Assembly: GCA_951406725.2 (NCBI GenBank) | Contig: OX597832.1 | Location: forward strand, 28,148,001 to 28,212,000 | Length of the DNA: 64,000 nt | Source: Octopus vulgaris | Lineage: Eukaryota | Reading direction: 5' to 3' | Part shown: positions 12,110-25,719 of the stretch, in pieces | Layout: the number at the start of each line of letters is the position of its first letter | Numbering within the stretch: the first letter of the stretch is position 1 | Position numbers and translations under genes: made by a program | The notes under the pieces: generated by a model | Databases searched by the model: none | Seen by the model: the letters and a program-made list of their open reading frames with translations, nothing else | Told to the model about the DNA's origin: nothing

Positions 12110-12845
12110 TACTCTTTTACGTGTTTCAGTCATTTGACTGTGGCCATGCTGGAGCACCGCCTTTAGTCAAGCAAATCGACCCCAGGACTTATTCTTTGTA
12201 AGCCTAGTACTTATTCTATCAGTCTCTTTTTGCCGAACCGCTAAGTTACGGGGACGTAAACACACCACCATTGGTTGCCAAGCAATGTTGGGGAGACAAA
12301 AGCAGACACACAAACATACATACATATATATATATACATATACATATACACATTTGTATAAATGTGTGTGTGTGTATGATGACACTGATTGCATCATAGA
12401 CAACTTTTTCCTTTTTTGATCAAGTCCAGCCATCTGTAACAGATTCTTGTCAATACCAACTAACATCAGCCAATGACTTCTTTTCTATCACCTCTTTATC
12501 ACATCATCGTTTAACGTCTGCTTTCCATGCTAGCATGGGTTGGATGGTTCGACTGGGGTCTGGGAAGCCAGGAGGCTGCACCAGGCTCCAATCTGATCTG
12601 GCAGAGTTTCTACAGCTGGATGCCCTTCCTAACACAAACCACTTCGAGAGTGTAGTGGGTACTTTTATGTGCCACCGGCATGGGGCCTGTCAGGTGGCAC
12701 TGGCAACGACCTCGCTCGAATCTTTCACACATGACACCGGCACAGGTGCCTGTAAGGTGATGCTGGTAACAATCACACTCGAATGGTATCTTTTACGTGT
12801 CACCAGCACGGAGGCCAGTTAGCCGCTCTGGCAACAATCACGCTC
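12110..12845 (-). mobile_element. SINE B 3' half (12110-12330) and V-like SINE (12503-12845)
   Basis: Similarity to copies elsewhere in the window. Confidence 0.8.
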
Positions 12846-13524
12846 CTTGTAAATAAATACGGTGAAGATGTATTTTTGAAGACACATAACATTTGATGGT
12901 GTGGCTAATTGCATCTCATCATCGTCATAATCATTATCTACTGTCCATTTTCCATGTTAGCAAGGGTCGGACAGTTTGACAGGAGCTAGCAAAACCTGAG
13001 AGTGACCTCATGGTTTATTTGCCTGTTTGACATGGTTCCAGCAGCCGGAGGCCTTCCCTGGCACCAACCCCTCTACAGAATGTATTGAGTACTTTTTGTG
13101 TGGCACCAGCACAGCAGGGCACAAGCCCTTCCTACATACAATAAGGAGAAGATTACCAAGAGTAAAACCTGCCCATTTATTGATACAGCACCAGGCCAAT
13201 AGCATTCTGCTTTTCTTGTTGAACACTCTACAGACATTCACAAACAACAACAACAACAGCAACAATAATGAGTGTTTAAAACATTTTTATTTCAAATGAA
13301 TGTGAAGAAAAAATGTGATTAACTGACCGCTTATTTCAAAGATGACCACTTAATTACAAACTGTTATACACACACAAACTGACCATTATGTATGTCCGTT
13401 CAACACTCCACAGCTCTCCTCTCATCTTCTTTGGTCTCCACCATAATGCTTTCCATTTTGTTTGTTTTTTTTTTCTGTTCATTCTTTAAAAAGGTCAAAA
13501 TAACAAAGTGAATGAGAATATTCT

Positions 13525-14120
13525 AGATATTATTGGATATTATTTGATATTACATATGTCACAGCATTGTCAATATCTGTATTTGCTGCTGGATATCTTC
13601 ATTGATTGTTGACACAGATGATATCACTAGATATCAGTGATAGGGCTGTTATCACAGGGTTTCGGTGATACAGCCTATATCACCAGATATCAGTGATGGG
13701 GCTGCTATCACCGGGTATCGGTGATACAGCCTATATAACCAGATATCAGTGATGGGGTTGTTATCATCAGCTGAGTTTCATACAACGGATATCACTACCC
13801 ATCATTCATAGGGTTGTTATCATTAGATATCACTGATTTCATTGAACAGCTGTTAATATCAGCTGGCGTATAGAGTGCTGAAATCACTAGCTGCTGTAGA
13901 GTGAGAGATATCATTTGCTATCATATTGAAAACTGATATCACTAGCATCACAAAGAGCTGATATCACACATTGTTGTTGACAGAGCTGATATCACTCACT
14001 ACAGCAAATAACTTTACACACCCCTGATATCCCTAAATATCATGATATTACAAGATGTATTCATATCAGATAAATTCTGCCGATATCGCAAGGTTATTTG
14101 ATATCACTAGATATTGCTGA
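13525..14120. repeat. GATATC-rich minisatellite with a 56-bp (2x28) core unit
   Basis: Units at 13630-13685, 13686-13741 and partial 13742-13770; degenerate GATATC-rich flanks. Confidence 0.8.
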
Positions 14121-14656
14121 AATCATAGAAATATCTCACTACCATTGATAAAATCAAACACTTGTGCTGCATATTTCTTGTGGAAAACTCGGAAAATCAG
14201 ACGTGAACTGACTATTTTCTATCAACCGATAGGTGAGGGTTTCAAGCAAAAGCATCCCTTTTTTTTTGTTCATATTTGCACTTCTGGGTAAGACAACAGA
14301 TTTGGAAGAGGTTTTCTCACCCTTAACAGTAGATACCTGTAATTCAATGGGGTCCGTTTTACTCATTTCTCAGGTAAGAAGTGTTGTAAATTTAGCAGAA
14401 CAACAACAACAAAATAATAGGTGGGTATGGCGAGGGTTTATGAGATAACTGTCTATAGAAGTGGAGAGGGAGTTCTTCAACCTCAATGATGGGGATAGAA
14501 GTGGTGGTGAGCTCTGTCATTTCGTCGTGAATCAGGGAGTTGGAAAGGGTAGTTTTCACACAAATTAGGGTCTGTTGAGAATCTATCTGAGGTTTTCAAA
14601 CCAGTGTTATGTATGTATACATGAATGCTTTATATATATATATATTTATATACATA

Positions 14657-14879
14657 CAGGGTGTCTACAAATTATCTTTACAGCTTCCACAATTTATTGT
14701 AGTTGAGATCAATCAATCAACTTCTTTGTAGCTAATGGAGCCCATGTGGAAATATTCTGATGTTTCTAATAAAACTTTGTTTCTTTGCTGATGTTTTCCA
14801 GTAATCTCTGGTGAATTCTCCTTATTTTTCATTTTTTCCTGAATTTTTCAAATTGTAAAGGTAATTTATGGACACCCTG
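14657..14879. mobile_element. Tc1/mariner-type MITE
   Basis: TIRs cagggtgtctacaaattatctttaca / tgtaaaggtaatttatggacaccctg, with TA on the left side. Confidence 0.8.
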
Positions 14880-14904
14880 TGTAAATTACAGATGCAAGTG
14901 TGTA

Positions 14905-14913
14905 ATATATATC

Positions 14914-14947
<34 letters not shown>

Positions 14948-14969
14948 TGTATGTATGTATGTATGTATG

Positions 14970-15001
<32 letters not shown>

Positions 15002-15179
15002 CATGCATGCATGCATGTATGTATGTATGTATACATGCATGCATTAACACAGGCATAATCATATGCATTGTGTATGAGTATATGTGTGTATATATGTACA
15101 TATATACACACATATATATGCATGTGTATATGTACATATATATACACATATATATGCATGTGTATAGGGACATATATAC

Positions 15180-15220
<41 letters not shown>

Positions 15221-16145
15221 TATATATGTATATATGTATGTATGTTTAGTATTCCAGAGCCACAATTTGAAGACTACGATATTAACAGTAACACTGTTTC
15301 GTATGGCCCCTAAAGGGCCACTGTGCAGCAGACTTCCAGGTGCCAAGCAACAGAGGCCTTAGAGTCTGCATGCATGCACACACATATCCACACACATGTG
15401 CGTGTGCGTGTATGTGTGTAAATTTGTTGAAGAGATGAATGTGTATATTTATGTCTTGATATAACTGTGAGATGTTGACCTCGGTAACCACAGTCGACTC
15501 AAAGCAGCAAAGTGTCTACTGATAGGGGCAAAACCCCTGAATTCAAGGGTTTTTTGGTGATATCAACCGACTGACAGGGGAGGGACCATGAGGGTGCATA
15601 TGAATATATATATATACTCATATGTGAGTATATAGGTTTATATACATATACATGTATATATAGATGTGTGTGTGTGTGTGTGTGTATAGGCATATACATG
15701 TATGAATGTGTGTGTGCATATAAATATGTATATATTCAGATGTGAGTATATATGTTTATATATATATACATGTATATATGTGTGTGTATATATAGGCATA
15801 TATATATGCCTATATATACATATACACACACATATACATGTTTATACGTGTATATATGTATATATACATACATGTATATACACACATAATGTATATAAAC
15901 ATATATATATATATATATATGCATGCATGTATAGTGTATATACATGTATACACATGTATGTTTATGCACATGTTTGTAAAGATATCTACATATACATGCA
16001 GGTGTATGTATGTATATATGTATGTGTGTGTGTGTATACATATATATGATATGCATCCATGTGTATATACATATATAGATGCATATGTATGAATGTGCGT
16101 ACAGACACACACACACACACACACACACGTGTATGTATACATGTG
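14905..16145. repeat. Compound (TATG)n/(TA)n/(TG)n microsatellite region
   Basis: Direct inspection. Confidence 0.95.
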
Positions 16146-16630
16146 TGAGAAAGAAAGAGAGGCAGGGTATATAAGCCACCAGACAATTAGGAAGTGGTCT
16201 GTTTGTGGTTCACACCCTTTTAATGACACAGGGTGGCTTATGTGCCACAGACACTGTAGTTCCAATTAGCTCAGTGCACCTAGTTGTAAATATGAACCAC
16301 GGGGCAGAGACGATTCGTTACTTTAAACAGGGGTGAAAGTATAAAATTACCAAGTGGTTCGTTATCTAGGCAAGGCATAACACCCAAGTTTCTGATCTCT
16401 GCTATAGACCACTGAACCTTAATTGTTGGTGTATAGTTGATGGAATCAATGTTGGTGTGTTATTGGTATGAAATGTGTTGATTCTTAAGGTCAGTTCTGG
16501 TGGAGATTTGAACTCAAAATGTACAGATACAAAAACATTACAATATATTTTTAGTTCAATATCTTAACCATCTCAGCCATCGACACTGCTATGACGGCCA
16601 ATAATGATGATGACGATGATGATGATAATG

Positions 16631-16669
<39 letters not shown>

Positions 16670-17149
16670 GCATCATCATCATCATCATCATCGTTTAGCG
16701 TCCGCTTTCCATGCTGGCATGGGTTGGATGGTGCAACTGGGGTCTGTGCAGCCTTCTGGCTTCACAGACCCTTGTTGCACCGTCCAACCCATGCCAGCAT
16801 GGAAAGTGGACGCTAAATGATGATGATGATGATGATGATGATGAATAATGGTTTAAAATTTTGGCACAAAGCCAGCAATTTCTGGGAATGGGTTAAGTTG
16901 ATTACATCAACCCCAGTACGCAACTGGTACTTATTTTATCAACCCAGAAAGGATGAGTGGCAAACTCAGAATGTGAAGACAGACAAAATGCCGCTAAGCA
17001 TTTCCCTCATTATGTTAACGATTCTGACAGCTCGTTACCATAATAATAATGATGAAGAGGAGGAGGAGGAGGAGAATATTAAAAAAAAAAAAAAAGGTTT
17101 AAATGTCCCAAGTAATAATTTTTCATAAAAGCTGTGGAAAAATGGCAAA

Positions 17150-17300
17150 GAATAACAAAGAATGATTTCATATATAACATTGAATAACTTGGAATAACAA
17201 AGGATAATCTAGAATAACTTGGAATAACATAGAATAGGCTGGAATAACAAAGAATAACATAGCATAACTGGGAATAACATGGAATAACCTAGAATAACAA
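17150..17300. repeat. 10-bp minisatellite (RGAATAACNN)n
   Basis: ggaataacaa/agaataactt/ggaataacat repeated in 10-bp register. Confidence 0.85.
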
Positions 17301-19842
17301 CTGTACATTAATTAAATCATTCTATTTTCACCTTAATGAAAGTAAGAATGTATTTTACCAAAATCTTCAAGAATTTATCCCAACAATAATATCAGGAGTG
17401 GTGCTTTTAGTTGCTTAATTTTCTCAAAGACACACTTTGCAAAAATTTCAGGGGTTTTCATTTAAATTGAATTTTCTTTTGTATTTTACCATATATGGAA
17501 TTAAGGTTGTGTGTTTTTGGCATTTGGTGAGACATGTTGGTGGGAGGGTGGATTTGATGTGATCAGACTAACCCAGTATATGACTGGTATGTGTTTTATC
17601 GTACTTGAGGGGAGGTAAAAATACATGGCAAAATATTTTGTCTTGCATTCTGCCAAAATCTGTCGGATATTGAAGATTTATGGAAGGAAAACAAGAAAGA
17701 TATCAGACAAAATATATTTAACATTTCACCTGGCATGTATGTATGTTTAGATATTTGTATGCATGACTGTGTGTGTATATGTGTGTATATATATTTATAC
17801 ACATACATCAGTGTATGAGTTATAATATATATTTGTTGTTTGAATGTGTATAAATTTATTAAGCAAAGAGTCTGTATTTGTGTATATATATACCTATATA
17901 CATATATGTATATGATTGACAGCTAATGCCACAATTTTTTTTATTCTCTGTCTGTTTATTTCCTTGTGTTCCTCTCTGGTGAAGAGCACAGGCTCGAAAC
18001 ATAAAAGACTTTCTTACCCTCCTGAGTGTCAAACTGATACACCTGCTTGTTTTTTATACACCTGTCTTCGTCTTTTGTTTTTCTGTAAATTTCAACTATA
18101 CATACATACATATATATATATAGAGATGTATGTATATATGAGTGTGTGTATGCATAAAAATATGTACATATATACACATAGGAATATAAACACATATGTA
18201 TATATATATATATATATATATATTTAATATATATATATTTAATATATATACAGACATGTATATGGAGATGAAAACACTAAGATAGATTAACCCAACAAAT
18301 CCAAATCTGGTGTAAATAATAAAACAACTTAATCTGTTTGTGTGTCAGACAACAAGTTAATCTGCTTGTCTGTCTGTCTGTCAGCCAGCTGGATAAACAT
18401 TATTATTATTATTATTATTTCAGAAATCCTCAGAGCCCTTGCGCAGTGGTTGTCCTTGATTGGCCTTCAATGGCTGATCCCCCCAACAGGATAACATATA
18501 CAATACATTTTAATTTGTCCCTTTGAGTCCCTGAAAAACCCCATTCCAATGTTTACTCATTTTGAGGGTGGTGGGTGGGCATGGACTGGCCTTTGCCCAA
18601 GTTCTACTTGGAAAGAAAGGCAAGGGTTGAAGGAGAAGGGGAAGGGTTGGTGCCCTCCATCGAATTTGTTGAAAGGGTTGTGAGATGGTGAGCAGTAGCA
18701 TGGGCCCCAGTAGATGGGTCTTCAAAAAGCATAGACTCATTGCCTGGGGAATAGAGCTGGAAGAGGGTAATTGCCCTTCATAATAAGGGTAGTTTTAGAT
18801 CTAGTGGGTGGGCGGGCGGGTGGCTAACCCTACCCAGAACTTGATTGACCATACATGGTTGTGGTGGTCCTCCTTGGATTTTATCATATGTGTGTTTGTG
18901 TATGTATGTATGTGTATGTGTGCATGTATGTGTGTTTGTGTGTGTGGTTTTGTGTGTGCGTGCTTGTGGATGTGAATGTATGTTGTTCTCTGTGCATTAG
19001 TGTGTGTGTGTGTGTGTTTGTGCATTTGTGTATATGTGTACTGACACTTAACTACACATGTGTAAACTCCCACAATTACTTCAACCTATACTCCCCACCC
19101 CCCGGGCCGCCCCACAATTTCCCACAACGATTGATTAATGTTAGAAACAAATCGCCATCATTATCACCATCGCCATCATCATCATCATCATCATCATCCT
19201 CCTCATTTGGTGTGAGGAAGCAGGGCATTGCTCGTAGCCATTGCTGACCCTCCTACGACGAAGGCCATTGTCCTTAGAATGTCATTGTGGGCCTGATTTA
19301 GAAGACAGATGGAGTTGCATGTCAGCAGGTGTCAATGGGCATTTGTTGCAGCTGATGCTGGTATTGCAGTGCAGTGACGCTTTCACGTTGATGCACATGG
19401 CAACAAATACTCTGCGTGTAGGTGTGCATTTGTGTATGTGTGCATGTGTGTATATGTGCATGTGTGTGTGTATGGGTGCATGTGTGTGCAGCAGTTGACC
19501 AAAGGATGGTTCCAGACATCAGGAGAAATCAATGATGATGATGATGACGATGACGATGATCATCATCATCATCATCACCACCATCATGTCCCTTCTATCC
19601 TTCCTCCGCCCCCCCCCCCCATCTACCGTTATACAGTGTGTGTGTGTGTGCTCGTGTAAAGCTATTTAAAGTGACAGTTGATGGATTGGCAGCCCTGTTG
19701 TCATGACTACAAGCAAATGTGTCCCTAACTTAATGACAAAACTCAGACTGAGGAGTGGAGACGGGGGAGGGTGGGGAGGAGGGGAGGGGGGAGGAGGCAG
19801 CGGAGAGATTGGGAGTCTCAGCTCGTTTAGATGTCTACTAAC

Positions 19843-19844
<2 letters not shown>

Positions 19845-19890
<46 letters not shown>

Positions 19891-19906
19891 GTAGGTAGAT
19901 AGGTAG

Positions 19907-19943
<37 letters not shown>

Positions 19944-20086
19944 TAGAGAGAGAGAGATAGAGAGAGAGAGAGATAGATAGATAGATGGACAGACTGAGGG
20001 GCAGGCAGGCAGGCAGACAGATAGATAGGTAGGTAGATAGATAGAGAGAGAGAGAGATAGACAGACAGACAGATAGGTAGACAGAC

Positions 20087-20149
<63 letters not shown>

Positions 20150-20270
20150 GATAGATAGACAAACAGATAGATAGATAGATAGATGGATAGATAGAGAGAG
20201 AGAGAGGCAGAGAGAGAGAGAGAGAGGGGAGAGAGAGAGATTGACAATCAGACAGATAAATAGATAGATG
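19845..20270. repeat. (GA)n/(GATA)n/(GACA)n compound microsatellite
   Basis: Direct inspection. Confidence 0.95.
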
Positions 20271-20924
20271 GATGGCTAAAGAGAATGGAGTTGATAGATT
20301 GTCAACCAGAGTCAAGGAGATGGCTGGTTAGAGAGAAACATGGGTAGAAGAAGGAGCTTTTAAAATATATTATGTGTGTGTGTGTGTGAAAGAAGGAGAA
20401 GATGGATGAAGTGCACTGTCACCACCGGCACCCTCACCCACCCACTCACCCCCACCCCACACCGATGTTTATTTAACCTAATTAGGAAACACCCAGGCTG
20501 TAAAACTGAAGAAAAAAAATGACATAAGACATCAGTTACCTCCCCCTTCCTCTCCTCTGTGTAGAAACAAACTTTCTTCATTACCCCGCCGCCGCCGCCG
20601 CCGCCAACACCACCACCACCACCACCGCCTTCCTTAACACACTATTGTGGTGGTGGTGTTGGTGGTGGTGGTGGTGGGGTGTCTGTCTGCTTTCTTTTAA
20701 GAAACTGTGTCAGAAGAACAGTTCCCACCAAACATCAAGAAATCCAGGGTCCAGGGGAGGGGTGTGGGGGTGAAACACCAATCTTTTTTTTTTCCTACAC
20801 CACTGCCACAAGTGAGAGAGAGAGAGAGAGAGAGAGACTGAGGTACAATAGACATCGTATGTGTGTGTGTGTGTGTACGTGTCTGTCTGTCTGTCTATGT
20901 GTTTATACATTTTTCTACATATAC

Positions 20925-20986
<62 letters not shown>

Positions 20987-21087
20987 ATGAGTGTGTGTCT
21001 GTGTGTGGGTGAATGTGCATGTGTGTGTGCATGTGTAAAAATGAAGTGAAAGGAAAACTGGATTTAAGCACAATCAGATGTAATGTG

Positions 21088-21400
21088 TTAGAGAGAGGGG
21101 GAGAGAGGGGCAGGAGAGGAGACAGAGAAAGAGAGAGGGGGAGAGAGGGGAAGGAGAGGAGACAGAGAAAGAGAGAGGGGGAGAGAGGGGAAGGAGAGGA
21201 GACAGAGAAAGAGAGAGGGGGAGAGAGAAAGAGAGGGAGAAGAAGACAGAGAAAGGGAGAAAATGAAAAGAGGGAGACAGAAAGAGAGAGGAAGACAAAG
21301 AAGGAGAGGGGAAGGGAGAGGGGAAGGAGAGAGGGAGACAGAGGAAGAGAGAGGGTGAGAGAGAAAGAGAGAGAGAGGGAAACAGAAAGAGAGAGAGAGA
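21088..21400. repeat. Polypurine tract with a ~40-bp tandem unit
   Basis: gagagagggggagagaggggaaggagaggagacagagaaa repeated about 3 times, then degenerate GA. Confidence 0.85.
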
Positions 21401-22032
21401 GGTGGGGAGTGGGGAGTGTGAGAGGCTGCATGATATATTGGTTGACAATTGGGTAGAGAAAGGGAAAGTGGTGGATCCAAATGGCAGAAAGAAACCTGTG
21501 GAAGAAGGGAAAAGAATATGGCAAAACAAAGAACTGCCGCAAACAGGTGGGGGAGAGGGCGGAGGCGGGGCGGGGGGAGGAAGGGGTCCCCAGTCCGTGC
21601 AAACAGAGCAAAGATCAGGTGTGAAATGATGATGACGATGATTATGATGATGATGATGGTGGTGGTGGTGGTGGTTAGAGGAAGAAAAGAAGTCTAAGGC
21701 CTGCCACAATATTTCTTTAGGTTTTAGGCTTTGAAAGAAAAACAACAAAACAAAACAAAACAAAACAAAAATAAAAGTAAAAAAAAAAAAAACTCGTCCA
21801 CCCCCCCCCCCCTCCCAACCTCCGCGGTGTGTAGGTGTGCAGGGTGGTAGTGACGGGGTGGGTGGGGTGGGGAGGGAACCCCCATCCCCAAATGTTCCAC
21901 CCTTCTGTTGTCATACAGTAAAAGGGGTGGACAGCCACAAAGTTGTACTGAGTTTGTTGTTGTTGTTGTTGTTATTGTGATGTTGGTGGGGGTAGTGGCC
22001 ACACTGTTACTGTAGTCAGGCATGTTTTATGG

Positions 22033-22064
<32 letters not shown>

Positions 22065-22116
22065 GGTGGTAGTAGTAGTAGTGGTAGTTGTAGTAGTAGT
22101 AGTAGTAGTAGTAATG

Positions 22117-22151
<35 letters not shown>

Positions 22152-23863
22152 TGCAGCAGCAGCAGCAGTAGTAGTAGTGGTAGTAATAGTAGTAGTAGTT
22201 GCTGTTCTTGTGGTTGTAGTGTTGATGGTAATCACTGTTGTGGTGGTGGTGGTGGTGGTGGTTGTAGTGTGGTTGATGATAATTGTTTTAATAAACATTG
22301 TGTGTGTGTGTTTGTATGTGTATGAATGAATGTATGTATGTATGAATGCGGGTGTGTGTGTGTATGTACCAATGTGAGTGGTTGAGGAGAGAGAGAGAAT
22401 GGGGGGAAGGAGTAATTCACCAAGGAGTTGAGCTCCCCATTTATAAGGTGAACAGACCTGATTCAGGGCCACAGGAGGATAATGAAACATGAAATATTAT
22501 CATGTGGATTTGATCTCAGTATACCAGGGTTGACAGAGCAATGCATTAGCCACTGGGGGCAAATTTATAAGTGACACACACTTGTTTGCCTGGTGTGACA
22601 AATATATATATATATATAATACATATATATAATACATATATATATATATATTCCTTTCCATATCGGCTAACTCTGATGAGTGTAAAGTTACATAACTGGT
22701 TTGTTACCTAACACTCCATTGTAACTCTTTACTTGAAACCGATTGGTAAGACCAGGTTTGATGGATATTTAATACTATACTCCTTGAATAATATATATAT
22801 ATAGGTGTAATATTCCAGAGATGGATGATAGTAGGTGTGGGGAAGGAATAAGGGAATGGTGTGTGTGTGTGAGGGTGTTGGGGCATTAAAGACCCAACAA
22901 TATAACATGATATAAATAACACAGGTAAGGTTGAACATGCCTCAGTCAAATAAATGGTTGACTCTTATTTACAGGGATAATATATAATGGTATATGCATG
23001 TGTGTGCACTTATATATATATATATATCGATATATATATATGCATATATAAATGCATATGTGTATTCACACACACGTATACACACGTTTGTGTCTCTGTA
23101 CATTCAGGTGCTAAGAACTCATCAGGCTGCAGTCTGTTCCATGCAGTTGCATAACAATTGTGCAATACACTCACTGGGTTGTCTTGTATTGGTATATCTT
23201 ATTCTCACAAATCTGGAGGACTAGAAACATTAAGACCCAGGTAATGTGTGATAAATGAGCATATTATGTAACTGTTATGCAATTGTAGGAAACAGAGTGT
23301 TGTCTCACATGATCAGCACTTAGTGCCGACTGAAAAACTTCTCGTGTTTGCTGATGAGGAAGAATAAGGTAGGAAAACTCAAAGTTAACGGAGGAGAAAA
23401 TGTCATGAAACAACTTATTATTCCCAGTTATTTGTCATATTTCTGAAGGTCTTTGTAAAAAATTCTGTGTTGGCAGACCATATTTTCTCAGAGAATGTTC
23501 CAGATTCCACTGAGAAAATCTGGAGCAGTTGAATTATTTTTTTGAAATATCAACAAAGAAGTCTCAGTAATTTTGTTTCTTTTCTTGTGGTAATAAAAAT
23601 GTCTTGAAGCATATATACAGACACGTAACGTATAAGTATACACACACAGCGACAAAAATTGTGTATGTGTGCATGTATGTGTGTGTGTATAGGTTATATA
23701 GGTGTGCATGAGGATGTGTGTGTGTGTGTGCATGTTTGTGCGCACACTCACATATATGTATATATACGCAGATACAGAAATATATATATGTGTATATATA
23801 CAGGTACACACATATAAGAATATATGTATGTATATATATATATACATACATACATCTTGGTTG

Positions 23864-23896
<33 letters not shown>

Positions 23897-24115
23897 ATAT
23901 ATGTGTGTGTATATACATGTGTATATATAAGTATAGGTATACATATATGTATATATAAGCATGTGTATATATATGTATATACATAAGTTAATAAATGTGT
24001 AAATAAGTACATATAAGTCTCTGTGTGTGTGTATGTGTGTATAAAATATTATATATATATATATATACACTTATATATGTTCATATATATATATGTATAT
24101 GTATATGTATATGTT

Positions 24116-24190
<75 letters not shown>

Positions 24191-24490
24191 GTGTGTATGT
24201 GTATATATATTTTCTTTTACTGTCTGTCTTATTTTACTTAGATATCTTTTTCATGTCTCATCTCCCAGTTTTCTGTCTTCAAAATCAAACTTGGGAGATG
24301 GAAACAAACAAAACAAAAAAAAAAACCCATAGATGAATAAATATATAAATGATTGGCTGCATTCCTTTATAAGAATTTACGTAAAAAAATTGGTTTCAAT
24401 GTTTGCTGAAGAACCATTGGGATGGTAGGGATGGTAGAAAGACCAAGAGTTTCCAACAGGCACCACCTAAATTTTTAGAAGAGCTGCCAT

Positions 24491-24865
24491 TTATAGAATG
24501 TCGTCCAAATGCGCCGGGTTGGCATAGGTGCTATCCGAAACCATCGGGTAAGTTGGCACAGATGCTTCGGGACCTGGCGTTACTGGACGACTACTCCCGG
24601 TTACGTTTCCCATAGTCTCGGCATCGCTTGGATATGGTGCTCCACAGGTCTGGCTGTTGCCCCGCTGCAGGAGGACGGCAGGCTTCGGTGGGGTCGGGTG
24701 TGTCTGGCTCATGCCTCCCACTATCACCCCAGCTGGAGTCCCTACTGATAGGGCTGTAGGATTCATTGACGTTGGAGTTGTGATTGGCGTCATTTTCGAA
24801 AACTGACTCAGTTTCTGTTCAGCTTCCCTCTGTTTCTGCAAGGTCTGTCGAAGAGTTCTTCGCTT
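24491..24865 (-). CDS. GRIN1: GluN1 terminal coding exon (cytoplasmic tail)
   Basis: Acceptor ttcttttatattgcag, phase 0, 124 codons KRRTLRQTLQKQREAEQKLSQFSKMTP...YANPAHLDDIL*. GC-rich non-repetitive island; joins in frame to ...RWRGNIE. Confidence 0.85.
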   Translation of the reverse strand, partial: KRRTLRQTLQKQREAEQKLSQFSKMTPITTPTSMNPTALSVGTPAGVIVGGMSQTHPTPPKPAVLLQRGNSQTCGAPYPSDAETMGNVTGSSRPVTPGPEASVPTYPMVSDSTYANPAHLDDIL

Positions 24866-24935
24866 CTGCAATATAAAAGAACAATTTGTCATTAACAAAC
24901 TATGAAGAAAATGTATATCTGTGTGGTACTTACAC

Positions 24936-24969
<34 letters not shown>

Positions 24970-25501
24970 CAAGGAAAAATTATAAAAAGGCAGAATGCTA
25001 AATTGAGGGTAAATTTTAATGAAAATGGGTGTATGGAAAATTTTGAAAAATCAACAAAATATATATATATTAATTCAAACCGGTTTTCGTCACAATGTGA
25101 CTTTTCAAGAATTGTAGGGTGAAAAGAAAAAAATTTTTATGATTGAGGAGGGGGAAAAACAACACAACCCCACCATTTATTGATTTATATATACATATAT
25201 ATAAACAAAGGAACATTTGTTTAATTACAAGCGTTGAAATGTATATTGTACGATGCAAACAAGAAGATACTTTTTCAAACGCAGAATTGCCATCAGAATA
25301 GCAGAAATGCTGGGTTAAAAAAAAAAAAGGTGGAAAAATTTGTCACCAACCAACAATGGGATTTGAACTCACATCCCCTAAGACTCCAGTTGAGTGCTTT
25401 ACCATTAAGCTAAACAGTTCATTGACAAATTTATCTGTTGATCTAGATACTAAATAGCTAATTGAAACAACATATACATACATACATATACATACATACA
25501 T

Positions 25502-25540
<39 letters not shown>

Positions 25541-25557
25541 CCAGATATATATTCCAG

Positions 25558-25591
<34 letters not shown>

Positions 25592-25719
25592 ATGTGTGTG
25601 TGTGTGTGTGTATTTGGGGCAGTCCTCTGCCTGGCCAGCTCCTGACAACCCGTCCAACCCAGGCCAGCATGGAGGGCAGACATCAATTGACGATGCCATG
25701 TATATAAGGGAGAACTACG

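Noticed and set aside
14154-14586. Minus-strand ORFs ending ICSTSV* (PDZ-like) and IDSQQTL...EVEELPL
   Set aside because: In-frame stop just upstream of the first, weak acceptor for the second, and no recognisable homology.
14822-16265. Many overlapping 65-150 aa ORFs ([12 protein letters not shown])
   Set aside because: Translations of TA/TG/TATG microsatellites; the same applies near 19.7-22.5, 23.5-24.3, 26, 29, 42.5-43.2, 51-53 and 57 kb.
23345-23420. CTGATGAG...GAAA match (also ctgaagatg at about 46250)
   Set aside because: No convincing stem pairing, so not counted as a hammerhead.
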